Shown piece by piece: positions 51,259-64,000 of a stretch of DNA of 64,000 nucleotides. Location of the stretch: positions 62,001-126,000 of the forward strand of contig JAYWIR010000073.1 of NCBI GenBank assembly GCA_036172245.1. The letters are read 5' to 3'. Made by a program: the position numbers and the translations under genes. Under the pieces are notes generated by a model. It made no database searches. It was not told where the DNA came from and was given only the letters and a program-made list of their open reading frames with translations. The DNA comes from Raillietiella orientalis (Eukaryota). Positions within the stretch are counted from its first letter, which is position 1, and each line of letters begins with the position of its first letter.

Positions 51259-54073
51259 CAGCAGACATCAACATAGTGTTCAGAATACAGTCAGTTTTCG
51301 CTTCCAAAGTTTTCGATGTGTGACACAGCAGTACTCTTTCATTCTGAATTGATTTCAATACCTTAGTCTGGACAGTCTAAACAATATTTCAATAATATTT
51401 AGGATATATACAAACACACACATCTTGTATGAATTTCCTGTGACTCTTCTAAAAAGAAATATTGTACGAAATTCATCATGTTCATGATCCTAGACAGACA
51501 AATGCTCTACTTATCAATATTTGGGACTGTTTCAAAAGAATGCTGATACATATATTTGGCAATTTTAAAGGGGAAATAAATGGATAAAATTAATAGCAAT
51601 AAAATAGGTAATCAGATATTCCAAGTGGTTGAACAGTTCGTAACGGCATTTTTGTTTTGTGTGTGCGTTTAGGGAATAAACTCATCAGCGTTTTCCAATT
51701 TCAATAATTGCACTTTTTAGATGGAACAGCAGGTAACTTAGTACGAATGTTTCAAATGTAATTTCTTAAGATTCCCCAAATATCAAATCGTACCTGAAAT
51801 CCAATCTGAACAGTTTCACCTGAACATAAGTAGTCAAAATTATCACAAAATATAGTATTACATTTTGTTAATTTATTATCACAGTTTTCTACGTCTTTGA
51901 AAACGAAATCAACAATCTTTACCTCCAGTAACTTTTTCATAAACTTTAATTTTTTAAAACACACACCATGCAATTTTATATAAATTTATTTCGTTATGGT
52001 TAGTAAGCACAATGTTCATAATCATTGGATCATGTAAAATACCGTGAAATACTGAGTCTCTGGGAAAAGATTAGAAATTTTTGTTCTGTTTTAGAATCAG
52101 ACATTCCATCTGTATGTGAGAATACACCTCTCTGTTTATTATAATTAACATTTCCTATTTAAAGTTTCATTGGCAACACTCCTGTTCTATTAAGTAATGT
52201 GCGAATAAAATCGAAACGATTCTTTTTATGCGAGAATATGTTTTGTGAACTACACTTCAGTGCTTTCTTAAAGCTTCGTTGCATATGATGATGTCACAAT
52301 AATAAATGAGGAAAAAATCGTCTGCTTCTTTTCTATATAATTGCAGTACTTTAATAATTCTGAATACATTTTCTTCATGTTCGATACAATACTGTTCCAC
52401 AAATACAAAATTGGCTATTCTCAAATACTAGAAATAGGCACTTTTGTTAAATATGCATTCAAAAAACATATGTTGCATCAACCTAGATGGTAGTGACCTT
52501 AAGAATTCTCTTCACTTATGAAATGATTAATTAGTTAACTAGTGTAAGTATGTTGTTTTCTCTTTTCATCAGGAGCAGATTTTGAATTAAAGTCTTAGTT
52601 TATTCCAAATTCATACGCTCCAGTTTCCGACAACAGTTTTTCATTCTCAGTTATTAGGATGAAATACAACAAATTTGTATTCTTAATCTGGAATTGAACT
52701 GAAAATTTATGACTGCTTGATTAACTAAGGTGTAACGAACGTGGATGAAATTTCCGCGAATCAGCAAAAATACTTCATCTGGATCAGATGTGTTTTTCGG
52801 TTGACAAAATTCCAGCAAACCACGCAAGTCGTAGCAAGTTAGTATGTGCTAAGTTGAGACTATTCGGCATGAAGCCAAGGATAAGATCGATTGGTTAAAA
52901 CTAATTTTCGGTGCTGCCTATGCAATCAAAATACAAAATCATAATTTCATACCTTATGGATGCTGCGAGCATTTAAATATGATTTCCACGCAACCTGAAA
53001 ATTGCTTTTACCAGACGTTGCCAGCGTGCTGTACCTGCATTTCATCAGCATTTATCAAAGGTTTATGATCAGTAAGAATGATAAGTCCTTAGTAGATAGC
53101 AAATGAGTCACAAGACTTGAGACTCCGACTTCGCCTTGGTAGTTTTGAATTCACCTCAGCCTCGGCTGCTATCATCGATGATTGCAAAGCAAAGCTTCAC
53201 CTACCGAATATTTCGGTGTTCTTTGTTCCACATGGTTCAGGTGTTCCTCAGATAAGTCAGAACCGTGGACTCCTTAGTCATAAGCTGCTGATACTTTACC
53301 TATACTTTTTCTTTTATTGAAGCAGTAAGAAAAAAAAAAAAGGCAATTAATGATGGGTATCACTGTTTTTCTATGTTCACGTATTACGTCACATATTAAT
53401 CTTTGGACTCCATTGCTAAATGTAGACGTTCAAAGTCCATTTTTCAATTTCATTTGCGGTTGACCCGTAAACTACGTGCCCACGCCTGGATATTCATCAT
53501 TTTGCAATTAGTGCAAATTGCAACTTAAATTTTTTGTATAGAAGTTGAAAGAGAGTTATTTAAATTTTCGTATACTAAGTACATATTGCAAAAGGTAGCA
53601 TTAGAGTTTGGCAGCTGCCATCATCAAAGTATCAAAGTTTCAAACTTTCGCTGTTTGCTGTTCCATGACTCGCAATTCCCAGATTCAGTTTCACTTCAAA
53701 TACCCTATGTTTCTTGGTTAAGGAAAGATTCAAGTATCTAATACAATAATTCAAAATAATGATTTATTTACAATTATTACAAAAAGTACTTCCCAGATCT
53801 TCTAAAATAGCACTTATACAAATACATTTGCAGAGCTATATTTCATGGGTGGAATCCACTTGCAAACTTCATGAAAATCACCTACACATGCAACAGCATG
53901 ACAATTATAAAAACTTGTTAAATCAAAGCTTCTTAATGGCAAACAGAATGGGAATACGTCTGCATTAGTCAAACACATAACTGATTATGTTAAAAAATAG
54001 GCAAATCCATAATGAAAATTCCAATATATCATTAGTACATATCCATTGTGTCCTTCAAATCCATGCATACTTT

Positions 54074-56107
54074 TTATGCAGGTGGATGCGAAGTTGCTGA
54101 CTGATATGGAAAACAATGTTGCTCATAGTTACCATACTGAGTGGGAGACTGGGAGTGATATGCTTGATAAGTAGGTTGGGTTGGTGTAGAACTATAATTC
54201 TGTGATGAATACTGATGAGAAAAATTCCCTTGGGACACTGGAGGAGGATTTCCATAACTTGTTCCAGATGCATGGTGAAAGTTTGGTGCATATGCTCCTT
54301 GCGGAGAAAAACTATTGAGGTTGTTTCCATAAGGCTGATGAGGATATCCAACTGTAGGATACTGTGAATTCTGGTTCAGAGTAGGATACTGGGAATTTGG
54401 TGATGACTGAACTGATGTATACTGGTTATGAGCTTGGGAGTATTGTGAGCTTTGCCCAAGATATGGAGGTGCAGGTCCAGAAATGCTGATAGCAGTTGGT
54501 GAAGGTGATACTGCTGGAGACACAGCAGAAGATATAGAAGAATAATTTCCTGGATGAGAAAACTGGGCAGATGATGAGGCAGGTGACTGCGAACTGACAG
54601 GCTGTGCTGGTGGGGATGTGCTAGGCTGTTGCACTGAAGTAGGGAAATGACCACTTTGGGAATAGTGTGCACTAGCTGGAGGTGTCTGAGCTGGGCTACT
54701 ACGCCCACCAGCATACTGATTGCTGCTTGCTGAATTAGTATTTGAATAAGCAGTATTCTGGGTCATGGGATACTGGGTACCACTACTTGAATGTGAAGAA
54801 AAGGGAACTGAGGCATTCTGATTATAAACTGTTGATGTGTGTTGGGAAGGATACTGAGGTTGTGTCGAAGTTTGCTGATACGCAGCTTGAGAATTTGAAT
54901 TAAATGAAGCATCTAATGATGAAGAGTATGACTGCACTCCACTAGTAGGATATGAAGTGGACTGAGAAGAAGGAGGATAAGGTGCAGCTATCTGTGAAGG
55001 AGGAGTGAACTGAGGGCTTGAAGCAGATTGGGGGGAAGCATTGAAATGAGTTGAGTAAGATGAGGCATTGGATTGAGTAGTAGGAGTAAAAGAACTAGCT
55101 GCCTGAGCAGTTGAAAAAGTTGCATTAACAGAGGGCTGCTGATGAGAAGAGTAGTTAGAAGGACCATTCTGAGTTGTTGGGGGAGGATATGGTATATTGG
55201 GAGGTCCTGAAGGATAAGAATGTGCTTGAGAAGCTGAAATAGCAGAAGAATTGGAAAGATATGGTGTATTATTAACAGACTGTTGAGAATAAGGATAAGA
55301 TTGTTGACCAGAAGAATTTCCATAGGATGGATTAGAAGGGTACGCAGTATTTTGTGGTGGGCAAGAATTATAGTTTCCTGATCCGAACGTCTGCTGGCCA
55401 GAATAAGACTTACAAAAAGACAACAATCAATGGTAGTCGGTGCTAATTAACCAAAAATGCTACCTGTGCTGGTTGTGACTGAGGCTGTGATTGATACTGA
55501 TAAGTGACTTGAGAACCCTGAGGGGTTCCATATCCAGGTCCTTGTGGTCTGTATGTCTGAATATTTGTTCCTGATTGAAATGTAAATGAGGGTGTTTAAA
55601 ATGTCTATGTCAACCTGGACGGAATGTAGCCACTGGTGCTGACTGGTGAGGATAATTAACTTCTGCTGGCAACTGAACTGGTCCAGGTGACAACTGGCCA
55701 TTTGGAGATAATGGCTGTGGTGGCTACACAACAATTTCATTCACTAAAAACACAAAAATCACACAATTCTATCTCACCGGCAATAAATTTTGGACATTTT
55801 GATTTGCATCAGCCAAGGATGCTAAATAAACCAGATTTCTATGCAAAATTTGTTGATACCTGTAAGATAAAAACAATTCAAGCACTAATTGGCAGCTATC
55901 ATAAACTCACTGGAGGCATTCTTGACCTTTTCCTTTCCCTTGAAACTCAGCAATTGTTTGAATTAAGTGGATATTTTCATCTAACATCTTCAGAAAATAT
56001 TTACAAGCTGGAAAATGTTTATGTTTGCTCCCTACCTTTTGTATTTGTGCTTGTGTAGGAGGAGGAGGAGCCTTATTCTTCTGAAGTTGTGCAAATGTTA
56101 AGGACAT
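54074..56107 (-). CDS. SS18: SS18/SSXT (CREST-like) BAF complex subunit, multi-exon
   Basis: SNH domain split over exons (IQK|MLDENIHLIQTIAEFQGKGK..ECLQ|YQQILHRNLVYLASLAD), followed by a long Q/P/S/Y/G-rich last exon (54074-~55409). Confidence 0.9.
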
Positions 56108-58002
56108 TGTACAAACTGTGTAACTGAATGCTCAGTTATGCAACTTAAAGTAAACAAAACCTGACATCAAGAATACACAAAATCAAAATGGATAAATCCA
56201 TGAATTTTATATCACAAACTGGACTTTTATGTATAATATACGAATCATCCATAACACAAACATCTGATACATTTCTGAATGTACACTGTAATGTAACGCG
56301 CGAAAGCATCGATAAAACTGACAAGTAACACTGTCCACAAATTAGACATACAAACAAACAAGCTTGCTTCTTGAAATAAAATCAACATGCGTATTTCTAC
56401 CTGGGCATAGAAACATTTATCCTCACAAAAAAATGAATACCTGTGCAATTAACGTTCACTTTACATAATGCTGAAATAATAATTACAAAACATTACATTC
56501 AGTCATAAAACAAATGAGAAAAATCCAAAAGCGATTCACAACAAATAAGCATTGAAAACCCATTTTATAAGATATACATCTTCTAAAATGAGCTTTGGAA
56601 TCGAAAACTCGAAAGTCAACTTCTTAAGAAGATCTTTTCATTTTCTGGTTCCAAAAGGGCCCCTCCAGTATAAAAATTTGTTTTCACAACATTTGCTTTA
56701 ATCCAAAGTTGCACCGTAAGCCCGAAAAATGAGAAAGAGAAAGGAAAATGAACTGTACTTGCAAAACGGCACCTAGGTGAACACTTATTCCTCTACACCA
56801 AGAAACACTTATTTTCTTTTACTTTCTAACAACGCAGCATCCCCGTTTCGACAGACGGCAAATGTAAAAACTGGGCTTTTCCGGACATTATACATTCACG
56901 CTGGAAAACCAAAAAAAAAAACGAAAAAAAAAAAAACATCACACATGAAAGCCAACCATCCGTTTTCTTGCACCTCCCATTAAAAAGTTCCCTCTTCGAA
57001 AGCCACAGCACTACGTGCACCAAAGCTGAGTTCACGAAGATTACCAATTCTTCTTCTCTTATTTATAAATACACGGAACACGCGTGTTTTGAAATGGCGC
57101 ACGAGGATTCTGGCCAGCTCTGACAGATGACCTATCAGCAACACAAACAGATAAATATGCAAAAATCCGAATCGGTTTTTATTAGAGCATGCACTGGGCT
57201 CGTGCAGAATTTAGATCGGGAGCACAATAACGGCTCCATTGCGAGGATGCTGGAAGCGGGAATCTTCGCCGTGGATGATGGAGTGACGTTGCCCGACATC
57301 GGCAGACAGTAGGCGACGGACTGAATGAATCTAGCAACACATAACACCAAACTGGAAAATTAGAAAAATCCAGTCTTCGGGCGAACAGCCCCATCGAATT
57401 CGGTATTTAGACGATGGGTGAAGCACACACTTTGAGGAAAGGAAAGTGGATCACCGGAAAAGATTCTACAGCATCATAAAAATTGCTTTCCGAATGATTG
57501 TGAAGCATCATAGAGGCGACTGAGAGAACGAACGAATAAAAATCCACACTATGTGCACTCTAAAGCATCCAAAGCTGAGGTGACTTGTCTCTCGTCACTT
57601 TATGAGTCTTCCAAATATCACTTCGATCCCAAATAAAACAGAAGTTATAATGGAGAAACAAATGACCAACTTGCTGTTTCTGATGAAGTATTCCAACAGT
57701 TGATTTTGGATTTTCTCGAGTTTTTATTGCAATTATTAGAATTGCAATCATTATTGAAATTACTGAAACAATGATTCCAAACTCATAAAACATCATTAGC
57801 CTATTATAGAAGTAAACTGCTTGCATTTCTCTTTGAGTAACACTTTCATACTCAATATAACAGATCAAATAGTATAAATTAATTGATTATAATTTCAAAC
57901 GTGTTTTTTCTGAAATCATATAATTTCATTATATTGTTTCTTTCGTTATTTTCTCAGAATGCTTTGGACATCATCAGATGAATATTCTATAATTTGCCTA
58001 AT

Positions 58003-58554
58003 ATTAAATTTGCAATAATCATATTTATTATCTCGGAAATTTTCTTATTCGTCTCCTTCTTTTGATCATTCTTTCACTCTAGACTAAGAGTCAATCCACA
58101 ATTTAGATTTTCTTGACCATCAGCTAATCTCACCATACCCACGGCCATAGAAGCACCCCTATTTAATACTATTCTTTTATTAAGATCAGGCATTTCAGTA
58201 ACATGAACACATCACTCCCTCCTAAAAAAAAATTACTCCATCTCACTCTTCTCTCTACTCATTACCATTACAATCGGATCAACATTCCTTATAACTCAGG
58301 CCATAGAATACTTCATACTAAGTTTCTCCATTGCAGATTCAGTTTTTGGATCAACATTCTTCATTGCAACAGGGTTCCACGGTTTACATGTACTTGCTGG
58401 CCTCATTTGCCTCACTCTATCTATAACCCAAATCTTTTCACTCTCCATTACTCACCTTCACCACTTGTCATTTGAACTCCCTCTTTGATACTGACATTTC
58501 GTAGATATTGTATGACTATTTCTATTTTTATTCATATACCTATACCTAAAATAA
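58003..58554 (+). pseudogene. COX3: NUMT: 3' two-thirds of mitochondrial cox3
   Basis: Under the invertebrate mitochondrial code (TGA=W, AGA=S, ATA=M) it reads MFIISE..FVSFFW, PLFNTILLLSSG, IADSVFGSTFFIATGFHGLHV and WYWHFVDIVWLFL, ending at TAA 58552-58554. Confidence 0.93.
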
Positions 58555-61500
58555 ATAAAGCAAAACAATGCATTCTTTTTTAATTCTTGGAACAAATAAA
58601 AGTCATTAAAATAAGCATTCATTAGCAGTCAGATTTTTCCTCAGTTTCAGCTTGACTAGTATGTTGACAAAAGGCACAGTTGAGTGGTGATAGTGTTAAT
58701 GAGGAAATAGACTGATGAGTAAAGCAAGTGATGTCTTGAATCCAAGTGACTTAACGATTCTTTAAATATAACTTTACTAAACCAGAATGAGACGAAGAAG
58801 GTCCAAAAGTGAAGAAAACATTAAGACAACCACAAAATTGAAACGGCCTATATGGCGAAGAAATGATCCATTTGAAAAAGAGAATATCCTTTAAACAGCG
58901 CCACGGAGTAAACAAGAAGGGACAAGAAGATATAATGCAACACTTCGTTCCATATTCGAATGGGAATGACAAAGAAATTGTTGATGGAATCGAAGAGTTT
59001 GGAAATGTAAATAGCTTGTACCAACTTTATAGATTATGACAACCTTTACTGCAACTTTATTGCACTTTCACAAGGCAAAATGCAACACACTCTTCCGACC
59101 TTGGCGACTTGCAAGAGATGAACCCTTCCGAGCTGTTCCCATCGTCGACTCATTTCTCTTCCCCGGCTGTGCAGCTACTGAAAAGCACGTCAGGTCCCTC
59201 CGTGTTTCTTTCATCGCTGCGCGTGAACGTTTATCGGAAAGCAAAAGAAACAAAAAAATTGACACACACATTGAAGAAGGAGGCAAACTCTTCCTATTAC
59301 AACACTTCTATACAGGGAAATGTTCATGAAGAATTCCAGTCATGGGGGAAGTGTGACTTCACAAAAGGAAAAAACAATAAATGAATTTAAAAAAGAAATT
59401 TTAGGGAGATCAAAAGGAGGATCAGTGTTTTTATTCTGAGGTCAGTCCTTCCACCTCTGAGGCATTTTACAATGCAAGACATTTCTTCCGTTATTCGTAT
59501 GAATCCCCTAGGTAGCCCGATGAATATTCAACCAAAAGTAGCTTTCTTCTTCTAAGGAACTTCATTTCACCATAAGACCACTGTCTAAGTTAGAGAAACT
59601 GAAGTGACCCTAGCCACAGATAACATCAAATGCTCGCTGTACGACACGCAAACAGAGAAGATCGTGACTGTGTTGGTAGCGATAGAAAATGCTCAGATTT
59701 CTGTTTCCATTTCCAGGTATCTGATCCGTAGAGGGGAAGCCACAACACCGCAGAGACTGTCACCAGACAAGTCTTGAAAGCAGCTTTACCAAAAATCATG
59801 TGTGAGTGCAACAAGAAGGAGTGCACGAGGGCACTTTGCCCTGAACGGGAGAAAGCCGAAGCTGACGTGACACCAAGCCACAATTAGATTGTAGGAGAAA
59901 ATCCAGCGAGCCCCTGCACCAGTACATGGGCTATGAGAGCAGCCTGAAGGGTACAGATAAGTGACAAGAAAATGACGATGACTCCCAATCCTGTCTTCAA
60001 AAGAGCATGCGAATGCGTAAGGAAAAAGAGAAGAAAAGACAGACAAACAAACAAAGCGAAACATAATCTTGAAGATCAGGAAACTAGGATACGAAGTTTC
60101 CATCGACCGGGATACTGACTTCATGACATCACAGAAGCAACTAGAATATTAGGCAGAGGTGATGGGGATATTTAAGGAACGCCTGAGCTCCAAAAAGCAG
60201 AGCAAGGCATAGAAGCAAAAAAGTGACATAAAGAGAAACATATAAGAAGAATGCCAATCGACGGACACGGACATCGGGCAAGGACACGGATAGCAGAAGA
60301 ATCAGAGGGGTGCTGAAAAACAACGAACAAACACGCCTCTGAAAAGCAGTGTGTGGAACAGATGTTTGCACCTGATGTCTGGGTGTGCGCTGCCTAGAGG
60401 GGGAATGTGAGTCATTCTTTTTCACCTGGGTTCACCATCCCAGTGAAAAGAACGAAGCAATGAAGGTCAATCTCTGAGATTTGCACCTGGTCAGTGTTCC
60501 ACGAAACTCTTATCAGCAAGGCCCTTAGAGATTTGGAACGGATCGCACATCATCCATAACGCGCTCCGACGGAACCCGGCAACTCTTTGGAGTTGGGCTA
60601 TTGTACAACTTCATATCCATGGTACAATCAACAATGAAGGATCTTCGAGCCCTCTTTGAACTGGCTGCCTGCAATCCAGCTAGTCGGTGGCATTTAACCC
60701 ACCTTTGCGATCATACGTGCACTGCATCAAGGTGACGAGCTGCGGTTCTACAAAGAGTTCAACAGTTGCACCTGGAGGCAGAGTCAGTCAAGCCCTCAAG
60801 TGCCCTGACACCACAAGAGTACAGCAGCACTGTTTCAGGATCTTGGTCAAAGTAAATCCGTCCAGAGATCAACCTGTGCGTCAAAGAATAACGGAAACAA
60901 GAGACCCGTGTTGATTCTCAGATGATGTATGTATTCACGATTTTATAGGTTCAGAATGCATTCAACAGAGAATCTCCGAGGAAGGAAATTCCTATGGCGA
61001 ATTTAATCCTGCAACGGACTGGAACATGGTCATCGAGGAATTTCCAAATACAGTCTGTGATCTTAGAAAGGGAACTTCTAGAAACTGAGTCTTTAGGAAA
61101 GTGTGTTTCTTACAGAAACGACAACATAAAAATCGATACAGAAGACAGCAGCTGAATACCATCGTAGCAGTCAGAGACCATATTGCTCAAGAATGTGATG
61201 AAATACTCCATTTAAGGCAGATTGGACCAGCAACAGACTGTACTTCTTTATTGACTCTCACATCTTCATAAGGAAAAAAGAAACGAATAAAGTCTCGGAG
61301 ACTGTACGACCTACGAGATCAGGCAAATCTCCAGGCTTATTTGCAGGGATACATGAGGAATCGGAAGTTTGGAAAGGAAACCGAGGCTAGAGGGTGGCAC
61401 ATGAGGAAAAAAAATATGAGGGCAGGGTTGTGGGAAGCGAGGGTCCAGCAGCCAGGTCCGCAGATAGGAAAGCGACGAGAGGTGCGGACACCAGCATGCA

Positions 61501-62134
61501 AGGCCGACTGAAGTCGACACACGAAAAGAGCTGTTACCGAAAGCAGAAGAATTTATTGGAAGTCCGCAAGTGTCGAATCGTCGCGTTGGTGGATGCTGGT
61601 GTGGAAACCAGGCCGCTGGCTCCAAATCGTAGCAGCCCGAAATGCAAGAGTTCACGGAGGACTGACACGAAAAGCATCAGCCGGGTCAGTGAAAGATGAG
61701 AAACACCCTTGGATCTTTTTCTTGGCTCCCTGCAGTCCGTCTCGAGGAATGCCGCTTTGTCCGATAACCCTGCGCCGAACGAGGAAGGCCTCTCCTGCAG
61801 TGCGGAGATGCTCCCATCATCCACAGGCCAATGCCGGAACCTACGGCGAACACCCGCCCCACAATAGGCATGCGCAGTGCGAAGTGGTTCCCTCACTCCA
61901 CACGGCTTCTTCGGACGCTCGAGAGGACGACTTGCCAGCTGGAGCGGTTTTCGATGGCTCCACCCTTCGGGCGTGGTCAGACGGGTGGGCGCGGTAAATG
62001 CCAGAAGCTGCGCATCAGCACCAAAGGATGTCTGTCGTGTGTCTGAGACTATACCGACCATACCGACTCCAGTTCCAAATTTCGAACTCGGGTATCCCAG
62101 ACGATCGAAATCCCGAAAGATCTTCGAACGGAAC

Positions 62135-63550
62135 ATATATGCTTATTATATATGTGGATACATAAATTTGCATGCAGACTGATGCATACAGTAACATGGA
62201 AATGATGAAAAACAATATACATGCTTAATGACATATGGCATGATACGCATATTTATTTTCACGTACATGTTGATGAGAACCACACTGCTGCCAGTAAAAT
62301 AATTTGCAACACACACCCACACACACACATCTTGGCATTCATAACCATGCAGATCATTAATACAATAAATAATGTCGCCATTATATGTCAATACGTATTA
62401 CAAAGTAAAATGAATGGAGAGACGTATGTTCATTATATTAATACATGTAATAAACGTATACTTACATTGATTTTTTTTCACACGCACACGCACATCATAT
62501 TATAGCTAAAATGCATGTATTCATGTTATTTCAATAATACATTTCAACCTATATGTCAATGTATACATGCACACATCTATTCGTGTGTGCATATACGTAT
62601 ACATTCATACATACGTTTAGGCATAAATTCATATGTGCGTTACAATACATTATCAAAGTAATACTGCTACAATATGAGTATGATCTGCAATAAGTTCATC
62701 ACGTTTATTGATACGTAGGTTCACAAATATAAATCGCAGAGATTACAGAAAATGAAATGCATGTTTGTTATACATATTGACATTTAACATCAATGATTCC
62801 TATACGAACTTATCCAAGGACTGCCATGCATTGATAGGATGGATCACCGGCGTCGGTCTGCACTATACATACCGAGGATCACAAAAAAAAAAAAATAAGC
62901 ACGCGCGTTTATTACGTACATAAATGCGTGACTGTACATGTAAGGAATATGCCCTGAACGAATCTGAGAATGCCGAATTTCGGACAGACAGCGGGAAGAG
63001 CGGCTGCAAATCGGGAACGGCAGGGGGGGGGGAGAAGGAAATCATGGAAGAAATTCAATGAGAAAAAAAAAAAAAAGGCAAGGAGGAACCCGCGCCACCC
63101 TTTTTTCCCTCCCCCCCCCCCCCCCCCTTTCCTTTCCTTTGCAGAACTGACGAAGTGGCACTTCCCCAGGAAATGACACTCGACGTTTTCGTCGGTTCGC
63201 TCCCTCGACGAGTTGGTACATCGTACGTCCACAAATTCCGCACTTGTACATTTCTTTCGTATGCATTTCTTATGTTCATGAATCTACATTAGTATGTGCA
63301 CATCAATTTATGATGCACACATTTTGAATTCTATTCGTTCAATAGTGACTATGAGTGAGAAAATAAAGTTGTATAATAATCCACAAATGAATATATACAT
63401 TAACGTACACAACGAGCACACAGATTTATTTTTTTCATCTCAAGAATACGTATCGACGCATGCATCAATCTACACCTCAACGTATGTACTAAGCACATGT
63501 ACATATATATATACTTAAAACTCAAACTTAAAACTATATATATATGGTTT
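62135..63550. repeat. Two AT-rich low-complexity islands (62135-62800, 63250-63550) with homopolymer tracts between
   Basis: tacata/tatatg composition; poly-A, poly-G and poly-C runs at 62882-63130. Confidence 0.6.
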
Positions 63551-64000
63551 TACGATCTTCCGGTACTTTGATGCTCACAGACATGAATGGTGCAGAAGCT
63601 GCGTATGCGATAGGATGGATTCGTCGTGTGTGAGGATCAAAGACACGATCGCAAGCTGTGCGATGTCATCGCGTTGTGACAGGCTGCGAGTTGCCTCGAG
63701 GGTCACCTCGGGTGCCCCGCAATCGTACAGAGTCGGGCCCTTCCACCCGTGTCGTGGAGCCTGGTGCGGCTCGCTTGGTCCTCAACTGCGAGGGTCGGCA
63801 AGCCGTACTCTCCTTGCGAGGACTGCGCTGAAGAGGAGTGACGAGACGCTGAAATGCGGGAGTGTCAGCCCGCTCGCTCAGGTCATCCTCCTGAATGGAG
63901 GACCAGGGAGCCTAGAGGGGGAAGGAGACGGATGGCCATCGACTTCCGCTGCGGAAATCTGGCTGTTGGATCCGCAGGCGTCCTGTAAGTTGCGTGCCAT

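Noticed and set aside
51500..53100. Possible decayed AT-rich LINE
   Set aside because: Motifs too degenerate to support a call.
57560..57868. ORF with one hydrophobic segment (possible membrane-protein exon)
   Set aside because: Could not assemble a gene model or recognise a family.

Overview
Eukaryotic (invertebrate, probably arthropod) nuclear DNA in two very different compartments. (1) 1-~30.4 kb, and again ~59-64 kb, is GC/CpG-rich. It is mostly decayed RLE-type (R2/NeSL/Utopia-like) non-LTR retrotransposon relics. It also holds two intact, intronless, divergently oriented ankyrin + PRANC/F-box-like paralogs, each followed by a copy of a ~700-bp repeat, all lying between a perfect >=195-bp inverted repeat (1-195 / 28681-28875). 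(2) ~30.4-56.1 kb is AT-rich and gene-dense with short introns: a 5'-truncated GTF2H4 fragment, a CMTR2 pseudogene, SELENOF (UGA-Sec plus SECIS), RNF146, MOV10L1/armitage with a small APC16-like ORF immediately upstream, and SS18. A frame-intact cox3 NUMT lies at ~58.0-58.55 kb. All calls are from manual motif recognition; no searches were run and composition statements are by eye.
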